Source: an uncultured virus (IMG/VR IMGVR_UViG_3300027754_000072) (Duplodnaviria > Heunggongvirae > Uroviricota > Caudoviricetes). Taken from it: 20,000 nt of DNA. The stretch lies in the IMG/VR virus record IMGVR_UViG_3300027754_000072; one strand, 5' to 3'. A model generated the notes under the pieces. The model searched no databases and was not told the DNA's origin. It saw only the letters and a program-made list of their open reading frames with translations. This document shows, in pieces, positions 8,053-17,001 of the stretch (the stretch's first letter is position 1; each line of letters starts with the position of its first letter). A program made the position numbers and the translations under genes.

Positions 8053-8929
8053 ATTTAAGAACAGCATTAAACTTTCTTATATTAAATAATTTTTTCATTA
8101 AAGCATCAACTTCTTTAATGTCATCTAATATTTTCTTAGTAAGATTATCTATATCTTTTTGCAATTTAGAATTTTCTTTTTTAATTTTATTAATTTTTGT
8201 TTGCAGTTTACCAATGCAAGATTGGTTTCCATTGCATTGTGATAATGCATTATTTAAATTGTTTAAATTAGTAGCGTTAGCTTCAAATTTGGCACCTACA
8301 TTAAACTTATCAATTTTTGTATTTATTATAGATTCTAAAAGCTTAGTTAATTTATTAAGACTTCCTCCTAAATTATTTTGATCGTTACGGTCTAGATTTT
8401 TTATAAAATCATCTATATTTGTTTGTAAACATTTATTGTCATTGCAATCTCTTAATTTTGAAATAACTGCATTAACTTTACTTATGGTTTTAGATTTATT
8501 AACATTTCTAATTTTATTCATACCACCACCCATACCACCCATACCACCCATACCACTCATACCACCACCCATACCACCACCCATGCCACCCATACCACTC
8601 ATACCACCACCCATACCACCGCCCATACCCATGCCCATACCACCGCCCATACCACCGCCCATACCACCGCCCATACCACCGCCCATGCCCATGCCTCCCA
8701 TACCATTCATGCCACCGCCCATACCACCGCCCATGCCCATGCCTCCCATACCATTCATGCCACCGCCCATACCACCACCGCCACCGCCACTACCGCCACT
8801 ACCGCCACTACCGCCTCTGCCAGCTTTACCATTAGAGGCAACGCCCCCATGTTTAATCGTGTAATGAATCATGCCAACATTATTTGTGTTTTTTAAATTT
8901 TTTAATTTTTCAATCTTTTTATTATTCAT
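8039..8929 (-). CDS. Gly/Met-rich low-complexity protein with C-terminal coiled coil
   Basis: About 100-aa (GGM)n tract, two Cys-pair motifs and a heptad-rich C-terminus; AAGGA SD and an upstream TATAAT. Confidence 0.75.
   Translation of the reverse strand: MNNKKIEKLKNLKNTNNVGMIHYTIKHGGVASNGKAGRGGSGGSGGSGGGGGGMGGGMNGMGGMGMGGGMGGGMNGMGGMGMGGGMGGGMGGGMGGGMGMGMGGGMGGGMSGMGGMGGGMGGGMSGMGGMGGMGGGMNKIRNVNKSKTISKVNAVISKLRDCNDNKCLQTNIDDFIKNLDRNDQNNLGGSLNKLTKLLESIINTKIDKFNVGAKFEANATNLNNLNNALSQCNGNQSCIGKLQTKINKIKKENSKLQKDIDNLTKKILDDIKEVDALMKKLFNIRKFNAVLKFKNL
8519..8820 (-). repeat. Coding tandem repeat (GGY GGY GGT ATG)n encoding GGGM/GGM
   Basis: Visible 9-12 nt periodicity, e.g. CATACCACCGCC; a GC-rich island in an AT-rich genome. 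Confidence 0.9.
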
Positions 8930-8971
8930 GATTTTCCTTTTTAAAGTTTATTATACAAAGCAATCAAGAAA

Positions 8972-9874
8972 CTACCCCCAAGTAGGTCCAAGTACATCAC
9001 CAAATCTTGTTAAAAGTCTTTCTTCCCAGTCTTTTTTCTCTTGTAATCCTTCTGCAAGAATTGTGTCTCCATCTAGTGTTATTCCTCCGTTAGGCCCTGG
9101 AGGATTTTTTATTTTACTTCTAATTCTACCTAACATAATTTTTGCAAATGCTATAGCTCCTTCTTGCATAGCTTGAGTGACACGATTCCAATCTTTATTT
9201 TTTTGAATATAATCAACTATAACACTGTTGCTTCTCATTGGAATTGGATAAATTTTAATAGTATCATAACTTCCATACCATTCCCAACCACCTGTATTAC
9301 TTGCTATATTAGAATACATTTGTTCATATTGTTTATAAAGAACCCATTCTCCCATATGCCCCCAAATAGGTTGTAATGGATCAATCATGCCACCTTGAAT
9401 AGAATTGTATGCACCGCCTGGATAAAAATACTCTATTGGTATTGCTCCGCCTAAATCGCTAGCAGAAAAATTAAAACTTGGAACATCTTTATAAGAAACT
9501 TGTCTGATATATCCTACTTCTGGAGGCATTTTATAAATGCTTTTACCAGGAGTAGTATTAAAAACATAGAATTGGAAGTATTCTCTTGGAGCGTAATCTT
9601 CTAAAACTTGCAAAGAAAGATCTACACATGCATCTAATTGTTGTTGATCTAATTCAATTTGAATAACAGGAGCACCTAGCATTAGAAGCACATAATCTTT
9701 TATTTGTTCAATAACTTTGCTTCTATTTTTTCTTGATCCTAATTCATTTTTACATAAAGGATCAGAAACTCCTAAATTTGAATTTGAAGAATCTGTGCAT
9801 TTATAATTAGCATTAGATTGATTTGATCTAGAAAAATACATCATATTATTGTTAATCATATTAATATATATCAT
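8972..9874 (-). CDS. gp13: T4-like neck (head-tail adaptor) protein gp13; true start may be 9859
   Basis: IKDYVLLMLGAPVIQIELDQQQLDACVD and LGRIRSK...PGPNGGITLDGDTILAEG..E...WE match the conserved N- and C-terminal blocks of T4 gp13-like proteins. Confidence 0.85.
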   Translation of the reverse strand: MIYINMINNNMMYFSRSNQSNANYKCTDSSNSNLGVSDPLCKNELGSRKNRSKVIEQIKDYVLLMLGAPVIQIELDQQQLDACVDLSLQVLEDYAPREYFQFYVFNTTPGKSIYKMPPEVGYIRQVSYKDVPSFNFSASDLGGAIPIEYFYPGGAYNSIQGGMIDPLQPIWGHMGEWVLYKQYEQMYSNIASNTGGWEWYGSYDTIKIYPIPMRSNSVIVDYIQKNKDWNRVTQAMQEGAIAFAKIMLGRIRSKIKNPPGPNGGITLDGDTILAEGLQEKKDWEERLLTRFGDVLGPTWG

Positions 9875-9903
9875 GCAATGTTTAAATTATTAAGAGGTTA
9901 ATT

Positions 9904-12900
9904 ATGTTGAAGAAATTTTATGAGTGGAATTTTTTTATAAATGAATACAAAGATTCTAGTTATCTAGAAGAAAAAGATAATTATTATAAGAATTTGTTAA
10001 ATGAAGCTACCCAAGGAAATGTTACTAAAGAAACAATTCCTCATTTATTTTCAGATGATACTATAAAATTCTTGTATCAATTTAACCCTGATTATTGGGA
10101 TCAAGCTGAATATGAAAGATATCAAATTCTTTATGAGGCTATGGTAAAAAGACAGGCTTATTATAATGATTTTTTGCTAGAGTACATCGAAGAAGAAAAA
10201 CAAAAATTAATAAAGATTTTTGATGAACAAAAAGAAATGACTAAAATCTACTTTAGTAATTCTATTACTGAAACTATTATTAATCATTGTGCTCAAAAAG
10301 CTGCTTTTGAAAAAATAAATACAGAAAAGATAAATGATTGGTGGAATGATACTTCAGAAAATGGTGGTAGTCAATATTTAAAATCTGATTTTTCAGTTAA
10401 GGTTGGCCCTAAAAGTACTAAAACAGGAGAAGTTTTTCATGAATATAAAATTAATTTGTTTTTAAAAGAAATGATTAAAAGAATTGAAAAAGATCCTAAT
10501 AGTTCTTCTGGTGCCGACTTAAGTTTTCCACAGGAATGGCATGTGATTAACTCAAGAAGTGGTAAAAACGAAACTATAAAAAGATTTGCTGGCATGTTAT
10601 TACCAACGCTTATAGCAATACAGAACAATATTGTAATTTGGAAAAATTCCGTTGCTAATAATATGTTATCCACAGAAAACCCAGAACACGGTGTAACACA
10701 CCATGTTACTCATTTAAAAGCAAAAAAAAGCGAAAGTCCTTTGAAGGCTGAAATAAAATACACTTCAGAAGGCAAAGAAAATATAGAATTGTATGAAATC
10801 GAAGAGGCTATTCTTACGAAAGAATTAAGAAGACTACTTGATCGTAATAACTGGGTTTTTGAAGAAAAAGAAAATACAAAACTAATTTCAAAATTAGAAA
10901 AAGAATTAACATCATTACCAGAAGGTTCAGAGAAAACAGGAATAAAAGAAAGAATTAAAAGTTTATTAGAAAAAAAGAAAGGTGTTTATAATGCTTTTAT
11001 AATTGATTTTAAAAATACATTTCCATTTGCACAAAAAGTTTTTGAAAATATAGATAGTAGTTTTAAAATTTCTGATGGTGGTAAAATAGTATTAAATAAT
11101 CCTCAAATATTTTTTGATAAAATAGTTAATTTAGATGCAGAAGATAGAAAGGCTTTATCTTATATTGGGTCACATATAGAAGGAATTAAATCAGAAAGTG
11201 ATAAAAAGAAAAAGAAAGATGAAGACCCAAGAATAAAATATAATAAAGTAATAGATGTTGCTAAAAAAGATTTTATTGATATTTTTAAAGATCAAACTTT
11301 AGCTAATAGTTTTAATAATTTAATGGTAACAAAACAACTTTTAGATTGGGTTAGAGATAAGAATATAAAATCTTTTAATCCTATTACTAAAGAAGAAGAA
11401 TATGCTGAGATAGATGAAGATGGAAATGTAAAATTTCCAAAAGTTTACATGCCAACATTTAGCAAACATGTTACATTTACTAACAATAAAAATGGTGAAG
11501 AAGTAACAAAAGAAGTCTCGATGCCATTATTAATAGCAGGTAAAATTTTAAAAGAAAAATCAAGAGAAGAATTATTGCAAGATGATAAAGAAGAAGATAC
11601 TGGTGCTGGTATGTGGAATCCTTACCATGGAAAATATCAAAAAAGATATTTTGATAGATCGAGAGATATCTATGCTGGTATTCAAGGGCAAGAAGATAAG
11701 ATTAAAGGAGGTTTAAGACCAAATCAGAATATTGAATCCTTTGAATTTATGTGTCCTTCTGAAAATGACAAAGAAAAATTAGATAATTTTTGGAGTAGAT
11801 TGAAAAAAATTATTACAGAAAACGGAAATTTATCAACAGTTAAAGTTAAAACAAGTTCTGATTTGAAAACTCTTTTAGATAAAGATGTACCAAAAGAAGA
11901 TAAAAAACATTTATACCCAGAATTAATTTTTAACTCAGGATCTTCTGGTTCTTTAAAAGAAAAGAATACCGTAATTACTGGCATAGCAGAAATAATATGG
12001 AATTATTTAAAAGTTAATATTATTGAAGATCAAAAAGCTTTGACTCCTGAAAGAATTGTTGCAGCGTCAAATTTTATCAATATTTATAATTTAATAATGT
12101 CAAAAATACTTTCTAACATTGGCGATGTTGAAATGATGGATAAGAAATATTTGAAAAAGTTTATCATAGATAAAATGCAGCTTTTTACACAACAAAATTT
12201 AATACCTGAAAGGAAAGGAAGGGCTACTAGAAATGAAGATCCAAAAGAAGGCGATAAATTAAAATCATTTGAAGACCCTGATAAAATTTTACAAAAAGGT
12301 TATGCAACTTACAATATAGAAAAATATGTAAATGCATTGCAACAATATGCCTTGCATTTGTGTAGAAAACCAGCTGGAGAAGATGTTATATCTTGTGGAA
12401 AATGCGTAGATCCAATTGATGGAAAATGCGAAATATTTATGGATGGAGAAGAGTATAAAAATGATTTGCATAAAATTTCAAGCCTTTTAAAAGAACATGA
12501 TAAGGTAGTTAGAAAAGTTTATAAAAAACCTACTTCTACTTCTACTTCTGCTTCTCCTGTTATTTCACGCACTGCTATTGCTGCTCCTTCGCCAACTCTA
12601 GCACCTCCTTCATCAACACTTGCACCTCCTTCATCAACACTTGCACCTCCTTCATCAACACTTGCACCAACGCTAGCACCAACGCTAACTCCTTCTATTT
12701 TACCTGCTGCAAAACCTGTTGCTGATTTAACTCCTGCTTTGCCTCAAGAAAAAGAATATATAATGCATATTGAAAAAGAAGTTATGGAGATATTAGTTAA
12801 AAGAATGTTATCTTCTATGGAAAACGAAAGACTTAAGTTAGCTCAAAAAAGATATCAAAAAATGAAAGACGCTTACGAGGATGATTATATGAGCGATGAA

Positions 12901-13101
12901 AAAAAAGATGAATTAATTGAAGCACATGAAAATGAATATAACGATTTAATAAAAGGTTTAGAATTTGATAAAGAATCTCTAAAATTAAAACTTTCTAAAT
13001 TTAAAAATGAAATTCAGGATTTTCAAACATTTGTAAATTCTATAATTAAAACTTATAATATGAAAGACATTGAAGAAGGAATTTCAAAAGACAAGGTATA
13101 A
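9904..13101 (+). CDS. Large hypothetical protein (1065 aa), putative virion-internal protein
   Basis: GAGGT SD; N-terminus MLKKFYEWNFFINE; 4-Cys cluster, Pro/Thr/Ser linker and C-terminal coiled coil; no catalytic motif recognised. Confidence 0.85.
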   Translation: MLKKFYEWNFFINEYKDSSYLEEKDNYYKNLLNEATQGNVTKETIPHLFSDDTIKFLYQFNPDYWDQAEYERYQILYEAMVKRQAYYNDFLLEYIEEEKQKLIKIFDEQKEMTKIYFSNSITETIINHCAQKAAFEKINTEKINDWWNDTSENGGSQYLKSDFSVKVGPKSTKTGEVFHEYKINLFLKEMIKRIEKDPNSSSGADLSFPQEWHVINSRSGKNETIKRFAGMLLPTLIAIQNNIVIWKNSVANNMLSTENPEHGVTHHVTHLKAKKSESPLKAEIKYTSEGKENIELYEIEEAILTKELRRLLDRNNWVFEEKENTKLISKLEKELTSLPEGSEKTGIKERIKSLLEKKKGVYNAFIIDFKNTFPFAQKVFENIDSSFKISDGGKIVLNNPQIFFDKIVNLDAEDRKALSYIGSHIEGIKSESDKKKKKDEDPRIKYNKVIDVAKKDFIDIFKDQTLANSFNNLMVTKQLLDWVRDKNIKSFNPITKEEEYAEIDEDGNVKFPKVYMPTFSKHVTFTNNKNGEEVTKEVSMPLLIAGKILKEKSREELLQDDKEEDTGAGMWNPYHGKYQKRYFDRSRDIYAGIQGQEDKIKGGLRPNQNIESFEFMCPSENDKEKLDNFWSRLKKIITENGNLSTVKVKTSSDLKTLLDKDVPKEDKKHLYPELIFNSGSSGSLKEKNTVITGIAEIIWNYLKVNIIEDQKALTPERIVAASNFINIYNLIMSKILSNIGDVEMMDKKYLKKFIIDKMQLFTQQNLIPERKGRATRNEDPKEGDKLKSFEDPDKILQKGYATYNIEKYVNALQQYALHLCRKPAGEDVISCGKCVDPIDGKCEIFMDGEEYKNDLHKISSLLKEHDKVVRKVYKKPTSTSTSASPVISRTAIAAPSPTLAPPSSTLAPPSSTLAPPSSTLAPTLAPTLTPSILPAAKPVADLTPALPQEKEYIMHIEKEVMEILVKRMLSSMENERLKLAQKRYQKMKDAYEDDYMSDEKKDELIEAHENEYNDLIKGLEFDKESLKLKLSKFKNEIQDFQTFVNSIIKTYNMKDIEEGISKDKV
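12598..12684 (+). repeat. Three 21-nt repeats (LAPPSST) followed by two 12-nt repeats (LAPT)
   Basis: CTWGCACCTCCTTCATCAACA x3 then CTWGCACCAACG x2. Confidence 0.9.
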
Positions 13102-13106
13102 AATAA

Positions 13107-13382
13107 ATGAAAAACAATTCTTTTAATAATAATTTTGATACTCCTTTGAAAAATAAGATATTAAATGATTTTATTAAAAATTTAATTGGTAACAAAGGAC
13201 TAGATCACAAAGAAATTTTAGCAAGATTGGCTAATTTTTTAGTAATAGATAAAGACATGGAATCTTTTGCATCATTATGTAATGATATTTTTATTACTGG
13301 TTATTCAAAAGCTGTTTATCAATATAAAGAAAAAATTGAAGAAAAAGGATTTAAGTTTAATATTACAAATCCTCAAAACTAG
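13107..13382 (+). CDS. Hypothetical protein
   Basis: 91 aa helical ORF starting 5 nt after the preceding stop codon. Confidence 0.7.
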   Translation: MKNNSFNNNFDTPLKNKILNDFIKNLIGNKGLDHKEILARLANFLVIDKDMESFASLCNDIFITGYSKAVYQYKEKIEEKGFKFNITNPQN

Positions 13383-13935
13383 GTGTTATATTACTAGGAC
13401 TGCAAGATAATAAAAATCCATCAAATTTTTTACTTGTACTATTTACCTTCCACCATCTTTTGTCAAAATTTTGAGGATAAAGTATAGAACCATTTCCAAG
13501 TTCTATAGCGTTAGTCCATACTTCAAAGCTTATATCATTATTGCTTATTAAGATTGCTTCAAATTTAAATTTTTTATCATATTTTATTGTTTTCCTAATT
13601 TCTCCGTAAAGAATATCTTCATGAACTTCAATTATGGCAGGTAGACAGTAAATGGTTATTTTTTTTACTTTTGGAACATCTTCTTCTTTTGGAACATCTT
13701 TTTCTTTTGGAATATCTTCTGGAATATCTTCTGGAATACATTCTGGAATATATTCTGGAATACATTCTGGAATATATTCTTTTTTTGGAATATCTTTTTC
13801 TTTTTTAATTAGATCATTAACTTCTTTGAAGTTCATATTATGTAATTCAAAGTGATCCCATAATAATTGATTTTTCATATGTGGATTAGGCCCAGACAAT
13901 TTATAATTACTTCCATCTTTGTTTTTGATAGCCAT
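13363..13935 (-). CDS. Hypothetical protein, possible divergent gp14-like neck paralog
   Basis: Shares the N-terminal GxxYKxSG and DxxYxExR / GS...W motifs with ORF 15844-16377; contains an IPEx repeat insert. Confidence 0.6.
   Translation of the reverse strand: MAIKNKDGSNYKLSGPNPHMKNQLLWDHFELHNMNFKEVNDLIKKEKDIPKKEYIPECIPEYIPECIPEDIPEDIPKEKDVPKEEDVPKVKKITIYCLPAIIEVHEDILYGEIRKTIKYDKKFKFEAILISNNDISFEVWTNAIELGNGSILYPQNFDKRWWKVNSTSKKFDGFLLSCSPSNITPSFEDL
13717..13776 (-). repeat. Five tandem 12-nt repeats TTCTGGAATA(TC/CA/TA) encoding (Y/C/D)IPE
   Basis: Directly visible; flanked by degenerate D(I/V)PKE units. Confidence 0.9.
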
Positions 13936-14010
13936 AAATTTTAAATGTTTTAATAAGTTAAAAACTATATATATTAAAGTAGTTTTTGTTTTAAAAAAAG
14001 AAAGAATATT

Positions 14011-14412
14011 ATGGCTTTAACTGTACCTGATGTTGGAAAAGTAGAATTATTAAAATATATGCTTAAGAATTCTGTTGTGCAAAATCAAATATTGCATTTG
14101 TATTCAAATGATCCAACTATTTCTGATTTAACTGTTATATCTGATTTTACAGAAGTAATAGGATCTGGATATAATAGCATAAACATAACTGGATCAAACT
14201 GGACAGTTAATCCAACTAATACAACTGCAAGTTACCCAGATCAAACTTTTATTTTTTCAAATGTTATATCAGCATATGGTTATTACATAACTAATACAGA
14301 TGGTGATTTGTTATGGTGTGAAAGATTTACAAACGCACCATTTACTATACCATCTTCTGGTGGACAAATTTCTATATCTTTAAATATTTCTCTAAGCGAT
14401 TATTTGCCTTAA
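14011..14412 (+). CDS. Probable tail/baseplate-associated structural protein
   Basis: LHLYSNDP...FTE..GSGY....I...W......ASYPDQTF.F....AYGYY....G.LL..ERF...P..I...GG.I.I pattern of a widespread small phage structural family (recalled, not searched). Confidence 0.65.
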   Translation: MALTVPDVGKVELLKYMLKNSVVQNQILHLYSNDPTISDLTVISDFTEVIGSGYNSINITGSNWTVNPTNTTASYPDQTFIFSNVISAYGYYITNTDGDLLWCERFTNAPFTIPSSGGQISISLNISLSDYLP

Positions 14413-14458
14413 ATAGTTTAATTGAATATTGAATTATTTTATTTTAAGAAAGCAGGAT

Positions 14459-15811
14459 ATGGTAGATATAACTTTAGAATTTAAAACATGGTTAGAAGCA
14501 CATGATTATAGATGTCCTGATAAAAGAAGGCACTTCAATAGAGTAATGGCTATTTTAAAAAAAAGTAGCTATAGAAACGAATTAAATTCTTCTATTACTC
14601 AAAATTTAAAAAATTATGTATTGGAAAATATAGATAAAAGTTTACATTTAGACTTTTTTAAATTTGCAGAAGGTAATTTTGATTTTCCAGATTTCTGCGA
14701 GATTGTTTTAAATAATATTAGTTATAAGACTACACTTGGAAGAGATTTTTTAGATTTTTGTGCAATGGAACCAGATGAAGTAGTTAATAATATTTATGCA
14801 ATTGTTTCTGATATGCTTAATAACAAATCTGTTTTTAATAAAATGCTTAAATTAACTTTAGAAGATGAAAAAAATAATTTTATTAGCAATAAGAATGATT
14901 CACAAGCTTCATTTCTTGTTCGGAAAAAAACTGATGGTGAAAACCATGCAAAAATGGTTTTTGATAACCAAACAAAATCTTTTTTCAAAAAATTAATTGG
15001 AAGAACTGTTTCTAGATTTATGATAAATCCTAGAGAGATGGTCAAAGGATATGATCCTTTATTTAAACAATTTTTTAAGAAGGAAGTAGAAAGTGATATG
15101 GCAGATTGGGAAAGTATAAAAGATTCATCGGTAGAAAATGAAGCTGAAGATGAAGTACCAAGCGAACAGAGACTGTTTTATTATAGCCTTTTAGAAATTG
15201 AATTAAAAGAAACAACACCAGTATTAAAATCATTAATTAACAATTCTATTTCTAGTAATTGTTTTAAAATAGAAGAAATTATTGCTTTTAAACCATATAT
15301 TGGAATAAAAAGAACACCAGAAGAATTTTCTAATTTAAAAGTTTGTTTTTACACAAGGTTTTTAAAAGATGCATTTGATAAAATTATTGCAAACGATAAT
15401 ATCACTGATTCAGATTTGCAAAATTATTTGAATAATTTTGTTAATGAAATTAAAACCAAGCATTCAGGATTAGAAAAAGATCAAGTAGAAATAATTAAAA
15501 ATGTTGCTAGTTATTTTTACACAAAAACAACAGCACTAGTTTATCCTAAGCTTTTAAAGATTTTACTTGCATGTAAAGCATCAGAAATAGTTAAAAATAA
15601 AAATAGCAAACTAACTAATATTGAACCATCGTGTGGTTTATTTATGGCTTGGATTAAAAAGTATTTTACTAGCACTGGTACAAGATATGTATCAGAAGAT
15701 ATGAGTATTATTAAAAATAATAAATTGTTTAATACTATCTCAAAAGCAATTATTGGCAAAGAATTGACAGGTTTTTGTCAATTCAATAAAAGCGATGATG
15801 AATTTGAATAA
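14459..15811 (+). CDS. Hypothetical helical protein, putative internal head protein (ATG 14459 preferred over TTG 14429)
   Basis: GCAGGA SD-like sequence immediately before ATG 14459; begins MVDITLEFKTWLEA. Confidence 0.75.
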   Translation: MVDITLEFKTWLEAHDYRCPDKRRHFNRVMAILKKSSYRNELNSSITQNLKNYVLENIDKSLHLDFFKFAEGNFDFPDFCEIVLNNISYKTTLGRDFLDFCAMEPDEVVNNIYAIVSDMLNNKSVFNKMLKLTLEDEKNNFISNKNDSQASFLVRKKTDGENHAKMVFDNQTKSFFKKLIGRTVSRFMINPREMVKGYDPLFKQFFKKEVESDMADWESIKDSSVENEAEDEVPSEQRLFYYSLLEIELKETTPVLKSLINNSISSNCFKIEEIIAFKPYIGIKRTPEEFSNLKVCFYTRFLKDAFDKIIANDNITDSDLQNYLNNFVNEIKTKHSGLEKDQVEIIKNVASYFYTKTTALVYPKLLKILLACKASEIVKNKNSKLTNIEPSCGLFMAWIKKYFTSTGTRYVSEDMSIIKNNKLFNTISKAIIGKELTGFCQFNKSDDEFE

Positions 15812-15843
15812 AATGTAGATTTGATTTAGTTACAAGGAGAATT

Positions 15844-16377
15844 TTGATCTACGATAATAACGGATTGCCGTATAAAACTTCAGGAGAATACAAGCTATTT
15901 AACGATAACTTGCCTGAAAGAAGTTTGTTTAATCAATGGGATGCTGAATCTATTAGAATGGGTGGATCTCCCATTCAGTATTACGAAGTTTTTATTGATA
16001 TGAATAGCATAGATCCTATTTATTTAGAAGCAAGAGGCAAGTTATTTAGTCAATCTTTCGTTGAATTGTATTGTTTTTACGAACCAATTCCTAGTCAAAA
16101 TTTTCAATCATCTTATGGACTTGATAGTCCAGACGAAATGATTTTTGAATTTAATTATGCAGATGTTTTGAAAAGATTAGGTTATGCACCAAAAATCGGG
16201 TCTAGATTTCACACACCTTTTTTAAACGAAAACTGGGTTATAGTTGAGAGAAAATTAGGTGAATTTAAAATGTACCAAACTACTAGATTACAATGTGTTT
16301 GTAGTAGATTCCAAGAAAGTCTTACTGATGGCTCTAATGGAACCAAGCAAGAAAATGTCGATTTTAAAATTACATAA
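15844..16377 (+). CDS. gp14: T4-like neck/head-closure protein gp14
   Basis: ESIRMGG..I.YY......DPIY.E....F....EL..FYE.......S.YGLDSPDE..F.......P..GS...P.....W.I......F......L.C.C..F.ES follows the gp14 pattern; TTG start with AAGGAG SD. Confidence 0.75.
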   Translation: MIYDNNGLPYKTSGEYKLFNDNLPERSLFNQWDAESIRMGGSPIQYYEVFIDMNSIDPIYLEARGKLFSQSFVELYCFYEPIPSQNFQSSYGLDSPDEMIFEFNYADVLKRLGYAPKIGSRFHTPFLNENWVIVERKLGEFKMYQTTRLQCVCSRFQESLTDGSNGTKQENVDFKIT

Positions 16378-16386
16378 GGAGAACCA

Positions 16387-16992
16387 ATGAAAAGTTTCTA
16401 TGATTTTTATACTAAACTTAAAACTTTAAAAGAAGAAAATATGCCTGTTGATGCAAAAGTAATGGATAATCCACCACCACCAGACACAGACAGTTCAAAA
16501 GATATGTCTTCTGGGATGGATATGTCAAAACCAAACAGTCCACAAAAGCTTACAGATAAATCTCAAGATAAACCATCTGAAGAAGAATCTAATCTTTCTC
16601 CACCAGAAGGTAAGATTAATTACAAATCTATCAGTAAAAACTTAAAACGCATTTCTAAGTTTTTATCAAAATTTAAAAATATTGATCAAGAAAAAGGAGA
16701 TCAACTTGAGCAACTTTTAAGTCAAGTTTCAAATTTAGTAAATAGTTTTGAAGGAGCACCAGAAGAAGAATCTGAAGAAGGAAGTGAAGATAAATCTTCT
16801 GAAAAAGACTCAGGTGAAGTAGGTTCAATGGCTGGAGATACTAATAAACCATCTGATGCTGGTGGTGGTATGGATATGAGTGGCGGTGGTGGCGGTGGTG
16901 GCGGTGGTGGCGGTGGTGGTGGTGGTGGCGGTATAGATATGAGTGGTGGCGGTGGCGGTGGTATGCAACAAGGAATGAATCCGCCTTCTTAG
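16387..16992 (+). CDS. Low-complexity acidic/Gly-rich protein, putative prohead core or internal protein
   Basis: AAGGAG SD; begins MKSFYDFYTKLKTLKEE; central helical hairpin flanked by disordered P/S/D/E and poly-Gly segments. Confidence 0.8.
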   Translation: MKSFYDFYTKLKTLKEENMPVDAKVMDNPPPPDTDSSKDMSSGMDMSKPNSPQKLTDKSQDKPSEEESNLSPPEGKINYKSISKNLKRISKFLSKFKNIDQEKGDQLEQLLSQVSNLVNSFEGAPEEESEEGSEDKSSEKDSGEVGSMAGDTNKPSDAGGGMDMSGGGGGGGGGGGGGGGGGIDMSGGGGGGMQQGMNPPS

Positions 16993-17001
16993 TATTAAAA
17001 A

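Noticed and set aside
8519..8820. Collagen-like repeat or a groEL fragment
   Set aside because: No Gly-X-Y periodicity with Pro, and no chaperonin sequence around the GGM tract.
8118..9376. Poly-proline ORF 8436-8864 and other plus-strand ORFs (8118, 8871, 9164)
   Set aside because: Antisense shadows of the GGM gene and gp13.
9904..13101. Virion RNA polymerase subunit, tape measure protein or intein
   Set aside because: No DxDGD catalytic motif, no Ala/Gly-rich tape-measure periodicity, and no intein splice or LAGLIDADG motifs seen. A remote homolog cannot be excluded by eye.
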